DNA from: a virus
Taxonomy: Duplodnaviria > Caudoviricetes
IMG/VR virus record: IMGVR_UViG_3300001765_000034
Span: 20,150-84,149 of that record
DNA length: 64,000 nt
Reading direction: 5' to 3' (one strand)
The position numbers and the translations under genes are program-made. Below, in pieces: positions 20,357 through 29,102 of the stretch. Every line of letters starts with the position of its first letter. Positions within the stretch are counted from its first letter, which is position 1. A model generated the notes under the pieces. It saw only the letters and a program-made list of their open reading frames with translations. It had not been told where the DNA came from and made no database searches.

Positions 20357-21588
20357 TATTCAAAATATTTTCCTAATGTTGCTTTAACACTATTATTAAC
20401 CATATTGGTTAACTCATCCAAATCAAGTTCCCTCACATCATCATTTTTGTTTGTATCACCCATTCCTTGATCTGAAGACGATAATGGAAGTTCTTCTTCT
20501 AAATCGGTCTCATCATCGGCATATTTATCTTTATCAAACACATCGTCACCAAATGAATCATTGCCGAATTCATCATTAGTATTTTCACCAGACTCATCAT
20601 CACTGTATATTGGAAAACTATCAATTTCAGATTTGTCAAATTTAACGCTATCGGTGTTAATACCTTGATCTTTCATTGCCACGTTTTTAGCTCGTTTAAC
20701 ATCATCGTTGTTTAAAAAAGAATCATCAAATCCTTTCAACGCTTCGTCTTCGTCTTCATCATCAAACTCGTCGAACTCATCTAAAGGTGTGTTTATTAAT
20801 TCGTCTAAAGACGCAACACCATCCATTTCAGATGCTTCAACAGGTTCAACACCGTCTTCCGCAGGTAATGGAGCTTCTCCGGTTGAATCCATTGCGGCTT
20901 CATCGTCTTCGAACACCGATATAATTTCTTCGAGATCATCTGGTTCCAATTTGTCTAAATCGACAGCACTTAAAACTTGTTTGATGATTTCTTTATATTC
21001 CGCGCTCTCAAGTTGGTCTTCGTATTTATTAATTTTTTGTTGTAATTTCCCTGCAAGTTTTTTAAGAACTGACATATAGTCAACCGAATCCTCAGTACCA
21101 TCGTCAGCCATTTCATCACCGCCTGCAACCGGAGGAATTTCGCCTTCAGGTTCGACTGGCGCTTCTGCTGGCATCGGTGAAACTGGTTCTTCCGTAGCAG
21201 GTGCAACGGGAGGAGCAGCAGGTTTAGATTGTTTCAAAACATATTTGGTAGCTTCTTTTAAAACCACAGTTTCAGAAACTTCTTGTTCAACAAGAAACTC
21301 CATTTTCTTAAAAGCTTCGTTATATGAAGAAAACTTATTCTTGTTTTTCATGAATAGGCCGCCTATGTAATCCAAGGAATTTTCATTAAGTCCTTTTTTT
21401 ACATAGTATCCATCTTTTTCTTTTTGGATTCCGTAAATTCCGGTTTTTCCTTCTTTAATAACTTCTATTGAACCAGTTTTTGATTCTTTTAGTGAGTTAT
21501 TGGATTGATAATATGTGAGGTCAAGGATTCGTTTTAATTTTTCATCCCCTTTTAACTTCTCACTACCTATTGGTTTTAAATCTCCCAT
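20356..21588 (-). CDS. Acidic hypothetical protein
   Basis: 410 aa, D/E-rich C-terminal half, late motif at 21621-21628. Confidence 0.7.
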   Translation of the reverse strand: MGDLKPIGSEKLKGDEKLKRILDLTYYQSNNSLKESKTGSIEVIKEGKTGIYGIQKEKDGYYVKKGLNENSLDYIGGLFMKNKNKFSSYNEAFKKMEFLVEQEVSETVVLKEATKYVLKQSKPAAPPVAPATEEPVSPMPAEAPVEPEGEIPPVAGGDEMADDGTEDSVDYMSVLKKLAGKLQQKINKYEDQLESAEYKEIIKQVLSAVDLDKLEPDDLEEIISVFEDDEAAMDSTGEAPLPAEDGVEPVEASEMDGVASLDELINTPLDEFDEFDDEDEDEALKGFDDSFLNNDDVKRAKNVAMKDQGINTDSVKFDKSEIDSFPIYSDDESGENTNDEFGNDSFGDDVFDKDKYADDETDLEEELPLSSSDQGMGDTNKNDDVRELDLDELTNMVNNSVKATLGKYFE

Positions 21589-21660
21589 TTGTATAATGTT
21601 AAATGTGTTTTATTCTTATCAATAAATACAAGTATATCCATAAAAAATTATTGAATACGA

Positions 21661-22425
21661 CTAATCTACTGATAATTTATTATCTACCGCGTCTTTTTTT
21701 AGATCTATTAGTTTTTTAATGTACCCGTTTCTTCTGAGTAATTTGAATGTGAGATTTTCATACGAATATTCACCACCCGTATCTAATCCAGTTTGACGGA
21801 ATCTTTTTAATTTTCTTTTTATGTCAGTTATATCATCTTCGACATCCTCCCCATCGGAGTTTCTTTGAATTAAAGAATCTATTAAATTTGCATATTCTTC
21901 ACCCTTTTCAAGAATACCTCTATCGTCGACATATTTTTTTTCTCTTTTAGGTTCAACGACCCATAAATCATTTAATATTGAATACACGCCACTTGCAACA
22001 TGTGGTTCTTTTACATCCTGAACATATATTTCAACCTCAAATTGTTTTATTTTAATATCGTGTAGTGAATTCCAAACATTTTTCTTCGCATCGAAAAATT
22101 GGGATAGGAGAACATTACTGTGTTCACTTTCATCATAATCAATTAAAATGTGTAAATCAACATCAGAATATTCTGACCAATTGTAGTTCGCTAGAGATCC
22201 GGTTAACACCGTGTCGTATATAAAAAAATCGACACCTAAGAAATCCATAAATTTTTCGGTGATTAATAATAATCGTTCTCGAACGTCATTATTCATTTTA
22301 TATGTCCCTTCAGTTTTTTCAAAAATATCTGAAGATAGTTCTTTTTTTGAATAAAAAGATTTAATTATCTTTTCATCCTCATCTCTATACTCGGATAATT
22401 CGTCAACTAGCGAACGTGTTTTCAT
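21661..22425 (-). CDS. Pol-beta superfamily nucleotidyltransferase
   Basis: LTGSLANYNWSEYSDVDLHI (GS...DxD) and later EIYVQD. Confidence 0.7.
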   Translation of the reverse strand: MKTRSLVDELSEYRDEDEKIIKSFYSKKELSSDIFEKTEGTYKMNNDVRERLLLITEKFMDFLGVDFFIYDTVLTGSLANYNWSEYSDVDLHILIDYDESEHSNVLLSQFFDAKKNVWNSLHDIKIKQFEVEIYVQDVKEPHVASGVYSILNDLWVVEPKREKKYVDDRGILEKGEEYANLIDSLIQRNSDGEDVEDDITDIKRKLKRFRQTGLDTGGEYSYENLTFKLLRRNGYIKKLIDLKKDAVDNKLSVD

Positions 22426-22694
22426 TTAACTTTCTTATACTTATAAACTTTAGTTATGTTCGTATTAAGGAATTTTCCTTGTGATTCGGACATTCTTAAC
22501 TTAGTAAAAATTTCCCAAGGTACCTCATAATACTCATAAATACTTCCATTTTTGAAAGTAATCGATAATGTCTTCAACTCTGTTTCATATGAAGCAAAGT
22601 TTAAATTGGATGAGTTGATTATAACACTAATCGTTGTTCCTGAAATTTGTTCTGAAATAATTCCCATATTCTTAATTTTTAGTATAATATACAA
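22422..22694 (-). CDS. KTSC domain protein
   Basis: SSNLNFASY...LSITFKNGSIYEYYEVP...ESQGKFLN pattern. Confidence 0.85.
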   Translation of the reverse strand: MYIILKIKNMGIISEQISGTTISVIINSSNLNFASYETELKTLSITFKNGSIYEYYEVPWEIFTKLRMSESQGKFLNTNITKVYKYKKVK

Positions 22695-22704
22695 AAATTA
22701 AGCG

Positions 22705-22739
22705 AAAAAAGAAACCCTTGATTTTGCATCAAGGGTTTC
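22705..22739 (-). terminator. Intrinsic terminator
   Basis: GAAACCCTTGAT/ATCAAGGGTTTC 12-bp stem with A-run on the plus strand. Confidence 0.75.
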
Positions 22740-22753
22740 AAAAATGTTATTAA

Positions 22754-23011
22754 TTATCCCGGAAAAGATGGTAATGTTTGAAGAGCGTCTTGTGGTTCTT
22801 CATAACTATTGTCTTCTTCCCTATCTTTCGGTTCGGATTTCGGTAATTCTATTAATTTGTCAACAATTTCACCTATGCTAACTCCACTATTAAGTAATTT
22901 TTTTGAAAACATTAAAAAATTTCCAAAATCTGGGCGTTCAACTTCTGTTGTAAAGTTATCTTCACCCCCAGGAGCAACAAATCCACCAACCGTTTGTTCA
23001 AGAAGCTTCAT
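22754..23011 (-). CDS. Small acidic hypothetical protein, paralog of next ORF
   Basis: Shares PDFG.F....K.LL..GV..G..VD...E with 23011-23313. Confidence 0.65.
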   Translation of the reverse strand: MKLLEQTVGGFVAPGGEDNFTTEVERPDFGNFLMFSKKLLNSGVSIGEIVDKLIELPKSEPKDREEDNSYEEPQDALQTLPSFPG

Positions 23012-23313
23012 TATGCCACCGGCATTTCTGGGTTTTCTTCACCTTCTACTTCTTCAGGTTCATTTTGGGCTTCAAGAATCTGATCAACTAAATTACCTAC
23101 GGTAACACCCTGATCGAGTAATCCTTTTGCACAATTAATAAACTCTCCAAAATCTGGTCCGTCATTAGTCATAGGTTCACTGTCATCTTGAGTAGAACCA
23201 GCCATTTGTTCTGGACTAGGACCTGTATTCATTACTTGTCCTTCTTGTTCTTTGATTACCTTTTTAATAATGTCGTTAAGCTGACCTTCCGTGATTTTTA
23301 CAATTTTTTTCAT
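23011..23313 (-). CDS. Small acidic hypothetical protein with MKKIVKITE N-terminus
   Basis: 100 aa, late motifs at 23352 and 23370. Confidence 0.7.
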   Translation of the reverse strand: MKKIVKITEGQLNDIIKKVIKEQEGQVMNTGPSPEQMAGSTQDDSEPMTNDGPDFGEFINCAKGLLDQGVTVGNLVDQILEAQNEPEEVEGEENPEMPVA

Positions 23314-23386
23314 ATTTTATTATTTATATTTCTTTATTACACATATATTGCATAAATATCTGTGATGTTTATAAATATACGAAAGG

Positions 23387-23414
23387 TAAAAAAAACTCCC
23401 GATTAACGGGAGTT
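23387..23414 (-). terminator. Intrinsic terminator after Hsp20 gene
   Basis: CTCCCG/CGGGAG hairpin with A9 on the plus strand. Confidence 0.75.
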
Positions 23415-23418
23415 CCTA

Positions 23419-23805
23419 TTATCGAATCTCAACGACAAAATCTTTAACTTTTTTCTTATCCTTCGGAATAGTTGCAAATAGTATCCCATTCTCAACAGTA
23501 ACAGTTATTCCTTTAATATCAGCATCGTCAGGTAACGAATATTCTTTAGTAAACGAATTGGTAAAATAAAATGTTTTTTCGTCACTCTCTTCTTTTTCAT
23601 GAGAAATCGTAAGTATGTTATTTTTTACTTTAACACTAACATCTTTTTTAGAAAGGCCAGGAATGGCAAGTTCAACACGATAATCATCGTCATTGTTAAT
23701 AATGTTAGTTCTTTTCATTGTTCTCTCAAGGAATCGAGGGGTTTCATAAAAAAGGTCAACAACATCCGAAAAAAACGGATCATTAAATAATTTTGAATTA
23801 CTCAT
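23419..23805 (-). CDS. Small heat-shock protein Hsp20 (alpha-crystallin domain)
   Basis: YRVELAIPGLSKKDVSV, SFTKEYSLP, ENGILFATIPK. Confidence 0.9.
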   Translation of the reverse strand: MSNSKLFNDPFFSDVVDLFYETPRFLERTMKRTNIINNDDDYRVELAIPGLSKKDVSVKVKNNILTISHEKEESDEKTFYFTNSFTKEYSLPDDADIKGITVTVENGILFATIPKDKKKVKDFVVEIR

Positions 23806-23935
23806 AGTTTAAATATTTTTAAAAGGTTTATTATTTTCTATAAAATATACAAAATTCTTGCCGTTCAATTATAATAGTCATTTTGTCTTTTTAGTCTGTC
23901 TTTTTGACACATTTGATTTATTCATTTATTTGTAT

Positions 23936-23943
23936 TATATTTG
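23936..23943 (+). promoter_or_regulatory. Bacteroidota-type -7 promoter box TATATTTG
   Basis: TAnnTTTG upstream of the 23968-26486 operon. Confidence 0.6.
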
Positions 23944-23967
23944 CACCATTAAATATAAAATAAAAAT

Positions 23968-24219
23968 ATGGAAACAATGGAAACGTTATTAAAGGGATTA
24001 GGTGTAGCAATAGGTACCATAGTACTTGTCGGCTTTGTCGCATTATTTGCTGGTTCACTTGTTTATTGGCTTTGGCCTGTGGCAATACCCGCAGCGTTCC
24101 CCGGATTAGTTGATAAGGGAATAATTGCAGGCCAAATTATGTGGTGGCCATCTGTATGCCTCACATGGTTGTGTGGAATTCTGATAAAATCCACAATAAC
24201 AAATAATAATTCTAAATAA
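23968..24219 (+). CDS. Small membrane protein
   Basis: Two hydrophobic stretches. Confidence 0.7.
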   Translation: METMETLLKGLGVAIGTIVLVGFVALFAGSLVYWLWPVAIPAAFPGLVDKGIIAGQIMWWPSVCLTWLCGILIKSTITNNNSK

Positions 24220-24228
24220 CATAGAATT

Positions 24229-24471
24229 ATGTTAATACTTTTGGAGATTATCCTTACATTTTTCGTCTGGCAGAATGGTTGGAAATGGCTTTCCCTTTTG
24301 CCAATTATGATTGGTATTGGGATTGCAATATTGGTAAGTATCTTTTTTGTGTTAACGGGTAAAGATTTGGAGGTTCTTAATAAGATATCAATTATATTTG
24401 ACCTTATAGTAATCGGAATACTTATTGTTATGACAAATAAAGAACCTAAAAGTAAACAACAACAAAACTAA
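24229..24471 (+). CDS. Small membrane protein
   Basis: Three hydrophobic stretches. Confidence 0.7.
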   Translation: MLILLEIILTFFVWQNGWKWLSLLPIMIGIGIAILVSIFFVLTGKDLEVLNKISIIFDLIVIGILIVMTNKEPKSKQQQN

Positions 24472-24482
24472 AAACTTAAATT

Positions 24483-26486
24483 ATGGGCGTAGATTTTTTT
24501 GAAGAACCAGACAGACCAACGAAAGTAAAAAAACCGGGGTCAACAACGCCAATACTTGACAATTTTTCGAGAGATTTAACTAAGTTAGCTGAAGAAGGAA
24601 AAATTGATCCTGTTGTTGGTAGGGATAAAGAAGTGAGACGGATCGCACAAATTCTTTCTCGAAAGAAAAAGAATAATGCCGTAGTAGTCGGTGATGCTGG
24701 AGTAGGTAAAACTGCTTTAATTGAAAAACTTGCACAGATAATTGTTAAAGGTGAATGTCCAACCAGCTTGATGGATAAAAGGATAGTATCACTAGATTTG
24801 ACATCATTGGTTGCCGGAACAAAATATCGTGGGCAATTCGAAGAAAGGATTAAAGGAATATTGGTAGAACTCACAGAAAATCCCCAAATTATTTTATTCA
24901 TCGATGAATTACACATGATGGTTGGGGCTGGAAATGCAAGTGGATCAATGGATGCTTCAAATATTTTTAAACCAGCTCTTGCTCGCGGTGAGTTACAATG
25001 TATTGGATCAACAACATTTGATGAATATAAAAAACACATCGAAAAAGACTCGGCATTAACTCGAAGATTTCAGAAGGTAACGTTAAAAGAACCTACACCA
25101 CAAGAAACAATTGAAATACTTCATAATCTTAGAGATTCATATGAATCCTATCATAAGGTGAAATATACTGAGAATGTGATGGAAACAATTGTTTTACTTG
25201 CAGGAAAATATATTACCGACAGGTCATTTCCGGATAAAGCAATTGATATTTTGGATGAACTTGGAGCTGAAAAAAATATTACTATTGAAATGCCAGCATC
25301 AATTGAAAATTTAAAAGAGAAAATTGAAGAGGTTAATCAAAAGAAAAGAGACGTAGTTAAAAAACAGGACTATGAAGTTGCTGCTCAATTAAGAGATGAA
25401 GAAAAGAGATTAGTTAAAAAATTAGAAATAGAAAAACATAAATGGGAAACGGATAAAGAAACAAATAAGAATCCAATATCCATTGATGATGTTTACTCAG
25501 TTGTTACAAGTATTACTGGTGTACCCATAGCAAAACTTGATAAGAATGAAACTTCAAGTCTTTTGACCCTTGAAAAACAACTAGGTGAAAAGATCATCGG
25601 TCAAGAAGAGGCAATCTCAACCATATCAAAAGCAATAAGGAGAAACCGTGTTGGTATTAAAGGTTCAAATAAACCGATCGGTTCTTTTATGTTTTTAGGA
25701 TCAACAGGTGTTGGAAAAACTTATCTTGCAAAAACAATTGCACAACTTTTATTTGGATCGTCTGATAATATTATTAGAATTGATATGAGCGAATATATGG
25801 AGAAACATAACGTTTCCCGTCTTATTGGCTCTCCTCCAGGTTATGTTGGATATGATGAAGGTGGACAGTTGACCGAAGCCGTAAAAAATAATCCGTTTTC
25901 TGTTATCCTATTCGATGAAATTGAGAAAGCTCATAAAGACGTATATAATATGTTTTTACAAATATTGGACGAAGGACGATTAACCGATTCGTTTGGAAGA
26001 AATGTAAATTTTACCAATTGTCTTATTATCATGACATCCAATATCGGAGCACAAAAAGTGTCTGACTTTGGAAGAGGATTGGGATTCACGCAATTAACTA
26101 GGAATCAAGAACAGGATAATAAAAAATCTATTATTTTAAAGGAACTTAAAAAACATTTTAATCCTGAATTCTTAAATCGTCTCGATGGACATATTATGTT
26201 TAATCCATTAGGTGACCCCGAATTAAAGAAAATTATCTCTATTGAAATTTTAAATCTTCAGAAAAGATTATTGGAAAAAGAATACATAGTTGAATTTCAT
26301 TCATCTGTGGAGGATAGAGTTTTAGGATTAAATACTGAAGAGAATTACGGAGCGAGACCTGTAAAAAGAATCATTCAAAACCTTTGTGAAGACTTCTTGA
26401 GTGACGAAATACTTAAAGGAAACATTTTACCAAAAATACCCATCACAATAAAATATGATAAAAAAGGTGAGTTATTTATAGAATAA
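24483..26486 (+). CDS. clpC: ClpC/ClpB-family AAA+ ATPase lacking the N-terminal Clp repeat domain
   Basis: Two NBDs (GDAGVGKT/FIDELH and GSTGVGKT/LFDEIEKAH), GTKYRGQFEER, LIGSPPGYVGYDEGGQLTE, UVR-type M domain KQDYEVAAQLRD. Confidence 0.9.
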   Translation: MGVDFFEEPDRPTKVKKPGSTTPILDNFSRDLTKLAEEGKIDPVVGRDKEVRRIAQILSRKKKNNAVVVGDAGVGKTALIEKLAQIIVKGECPTSLMDKRIVSLDLTSLVAGTKYRGQFEERIKGILVELTENPQIILFIDELHMMVGAGNASGSMDASNIFKPALARGELQCIGSTTFDEYKKHIEKDSALTRRFQKVTLKEPTPQETIEILHNLRDSYESYHKVKYTENVMETIVLLAGKYITDRSFPDKAIDILDELGAEKNITIEMPASIENLKEKIEEVNQKKRDVVKKQDYEVAAQLRDEEKRLVKKLEIEKHKWETDKETNKNPISIDDVYSVVTSITGVPIAKLDKNETSSLLTLEKQLGEKIIGQEEAISTISKAIRRNRVGIKGSNKPIGSFMFLGSTGVGKTYLAKTIAQLLFGSSDNIIRIDMSEYMEKHNVSRLIGSPPGYVGYDEGGQLTEAVKNNPFSVILFDEIEKAHKDVYNMFLQILDEGRLTDSFGRNVNFTNCLIIMTSNIGAQKVSDFGRGLGFTQLTRNQEQDNKKSIILKELKKHFNPEFLNRLDGHIMFNPLGDPELKKIISIEILNLQKRLLEKEYIVEFHSSVEDRVLGLNTEENYGARPVKRIIQNLCEDFLSDEILKGNILPKIPITIKYDKKGELFIE

Positions 26487-26518
26487 ATTGACTTTTTATC
26501 AATTTACCAGTATTTATA

Positions 26519-26616
26519 TTCTTGCAGGTACTCTTTGTCGATTACCTTTCGTTAAGAAAACTGATGGTTTTGAACCCATCTAGACCTAAACCCCGATGAT
26601 TGTCGGGGTTTTTTTT
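26519..26616 (+). ncRNA. Candidate small RNA between a late motif and a terminator
   Basis: TATTTATA at 26511, hairpins AGGTA/TACCT and GATGG/CCATC, terminator at 26588; core sequence recurs at 42933-42974. Confidence 0.4.
26588..26616 (+). terminator. Intrinsic terminator
   Basis: AAACCCCGA/TCGGGGTTT stem followed by a T-run. Confidence 0.85.
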
Positions 26617-26665
26617 GTTTTGACACTTTTTTTCTTTATATTTATTAAAAACTAATAAAAATAAA

Positions 26666-26986
26666 ATGAAACCTAATTTCGAAAAGACAGGGTCAAAAAT
26701 CTCTTTTACTGACCATTACGGAGATTATAAAACATTTATGGAGATATCCAGGGATCCAATTTATCGCACAATTTTAAGTGCGTTCGAAGATCTAAAAACA
26801 AAAGATTTAGCATTCGTTAATGTAACAGCAAATGTTGAGAATACGGTATTTGAATCCGAGCTTAGTTTTACAAAGTCAAATTTAGATATACTTAGCGAAG
26901 TTCTCAATCCTTATTTCGAAAATATTGAGGAGTATGAAACTTGTGCTAAGGTAATGAAACTCCTTTCGGAATTACAAAACCATTAA
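26666..26986 (+). CDS. Hypothetical protein with C-terminal UVR-like motif
   Basis: Ends FENIEEYETCAKVMKLL; late motif at 26639. Confidence 0.7.
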   Translation: MKPNFEKTGSKISFTDHYGDYKTFMEISRDPIYRTILSAFEDLKTKDLAFVNVTANVENTVFESELSFTKSNLDILSEVLNPYFENIEEYETCAKVMKLLSELQNH

Positions 26987-27321
26987 TCAGTCAAAAGTCG
27001 TTTTTTTGAGTTTTTGGCAGTAGGTTTCTTTGACCCTAAAACTGAATCATCACCTAATCCAGGTTCTGTATCGGGATCTTGTATTGGATCCGAATTTACA
27101 ACTCCCGGAGGTGTTTTCCATAACTGAACTCTTTCATATGCACGAACCCCAAGTAAACCCCCAATAAAGAATAACAATTCATAGTATTCTTTATCAGTAA
27201 AAATTACCACATAAACAACTAATAAAGAAAATATATATGAAAGAATTTTTTTAATTGAATAGTCACAATTTTCTTGAAGTAAGCACGAAGCAAAAATTCC
27301 TATTTTTTTTAAAAAGTTCAT
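26983..27321 (-). CDS. Small two-TM membrane protein (holin-like topology)
   Basis: Two hydrophobic helices and a basic tail. Confidence 0.5.
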   Translation of the reverse strand: MNFLKKIGIFASCLLQENCDYSIKKILSYIFSLLVVYVVIFTDKEYYELLFFIGGLLGVRAYERVQLWKTPPGVVNSDPIQDPDTEPGLGDDSVLGSKKPTAKNSKKRLLTD

Positions 27322-27409
27322 TTTATTGGTTTTACGTTAATTTTAAGATTTACTGTGTCTTTTTTTTGGGTATCTAGTTGAATACTATCAGTTTTATTAG
27401 AATTTATAA

Positions 27410-27802
27410 TTATTTCTCTGAAGTTTGGTATCCCGAAGAGTTTTTTTTTACATCCAAGTTAAGACCTTCCATATATTCGACAAAATCTTCTTTTGTTAAT
27501 GTTTTATCTCTGGTAAGATATTTCACATATGAATCCTCCAATGATTCAGTTGTCCCCCGAATACTTTCTAACTGTCTTTTCATTTCTACTTGTTGAAATA
27601 AAAGTAATGAATCTGTTTTTCGTTGGGATTCTTGAGATTGAATTATTGTTTTTACGCTAGACTGAAGAATTTTATTATTATCTTTCCAATTATCATATGC
27701 AACAAATACTCCCCATACAACTCCTAAAACGGACACAACAGCGAAATAATATGATGAGTATGTTTTAATGCTTTCCAATAATTTTAAAAATCCCGTTTTC
27801 AT
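27410..27802 (-). CDS. Single-TM coiled-coil protein
   Basis: N-terminal TM followed by a Gln/Ser-rich coiled coil; late motif at 27820. Confidence 0.6.
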   Translation of the reverse strand: MKTGFLKLLESIKTYSSYYFAVVSVLGVVWGVFVAYDNWKDNNKILQSSVKTIIQSQESQRKTDSLLLFQQVEMKRQLESIRGTTESLEDSYVKYLTRDKTLTKEDFVEYMEGLNLDVKKNSSGYQTSEK

Positions 27803-27833
27803 TATTTAATTTCTTTTATTATAAATACATCAA

Positions 27834-29057
27834 TTATAGCTTTATTGCTAGTATAAGCATATCGTCTACTTGGTCAAAATCACCCTGCCATGTGTTTAAT
27901 TTTTGTTCAAGTAAGTCTTTTTGATATGATAACCCCAAATGTTGAAACGACATTAACATTTCAATAAAATTTTTTTTCATTAATTTTTTATTTTTCGTTC
28001 CACCAAATTGGTCAACTACACCGTCACTGAACATATAAATTACGTCGCCAATTCGATATGGTATTTCTTGAGTTGCAAAGGTTTTTTTAATTTCTTTGTT
28101 AATTCCACCTATATTATATGGTTCGCCTTTGATTTCAACCATATCTTTATCCCTACTTCTATAAATTAATAATGGGCGGCTACATCCTGAAAAATATAAT
28201 TTCTTATGATTTTTGTCTATGGTAACGAATGCAATATCGATACCGTCTTGATACCCGCTTGAAACACCTTGTTTTAAAAATGTGGTTAGGTTTAAATCGA
28301 GTAACGATAACACATCTGTTGGATGGGTGAAATCATTTTCAGCAATTTCATTTAAGAAATTCGTACCAATCATAGATAATAATGCACCGGACACCCCATG
28401 ACCGCTACAATCTGCGGCGGTTACCATTACCTCATCGTCCTTTTTATAAAACCAATAGAAGTCACCACTTACAATGTCTTTTGGACGATATATTATAAAT
28501 GCATCCTTAAAATCTTTTAAAAGTATATCAATTTTTGGTAAAGTTACTTTTTGGATTCGTTCTGCAAACATAATACTTTGAGTCATTGATTTGTTTTTCT
28601 CGTCAATAAGACTATTTGCAGCGATTAACTCGTTGTTTAATTTTTCTAATTTTTTTGCTTCAGTAATATATTGTCGTTGAAGTTGTGCCGAATTAATAAT
28701 ATGAGGTAAATGAAGTAAATGGTCTTTTAATATGTAATCGTCCATACCTTCTTTAAGAAGTTCGATTGCAAATTCTTCCGGAATATCACCAGATGAGAGA
28801 ATAAAAATAACATTAGGATTTATACTTTTTGAATCGGCGAACGATTTAAACGAATTATAATTAGGAATAGTGTGTTCCGATATTACAACATCAGGATTAA
28901 CTCGTGTCAACGCATTTATAAAATCATGTCCAGTTTCACAATGGGTTATATGATGTGTATATCCAAAATTAACTAAAACCTCTTTAATTTTTTTCGCGTC
29001 TTCTTTAGAATTATCTAATATTATTATTTTTGTATTTGCTTTTACGTCATTAGTCAT
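27834..29057 (-). CDS. Receiver-domain plus PP2C/SpoIIE (RsbU-like) phosphatase
   Basis: REC fold N-terminus (PDVVISEH, DDYILK); PP2C motifs VSGDFYW, AADCSGHGVSGA, FSDGVVDQFGG, QVDDML; start placed at ATG 29057. Confidence 0.85.
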   Translation of the reverse strand: MTNDVKANTKIIILDNSKEDAKKIKEVLVNFGYTHHITHCETGHDFINALTRVNPDVVISEHTIPNYNSFKSFADSKSINPNVIFILSSGDIPEEFAIELLKEGMDDYILKDHLLHLPHIINSAQLQRQYITEAKKLEKLNNELIAANSLIDEKNKSMTQSIMFAERIQKVTLPKIDILLKDFKDAFIIYRPKDIVSGDFYWFYKKDDEVMVTAADCSGHGVSGALLSMIGTNFLNEIAENDFTHPTDVLSLLDLNLTTFLKQGVSSGYQDGIDIAFVTIDKNHKKLYFSGCSRPLLIYRSRDKDMVEIKGEPYNIGGINKEIKKTFATQEIPYRIGDVIYMFSDGVVDQFGGTKNKKLMKKNFIEMLMSFQHLGLSYQKDLLEQKLNTWQGDFDQVDDMLILAIKL

Positions 29058-29102
29058 ATTAATAAATACCATAATTGATGTCAAAGCAAAATTTATTTTT
29101 TT

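Noticed and set aside
10530-21206. Plus-strand ORFs opposite head genes (e.g. 10799-11410, 11451-11828, 13968-14441, 18718-19068, 20708-21079)
   Set aside because: Antisense shadows of low-complexity regions in well-supported minus-strand genes; Ser/Phe-rich, no promoter or start context
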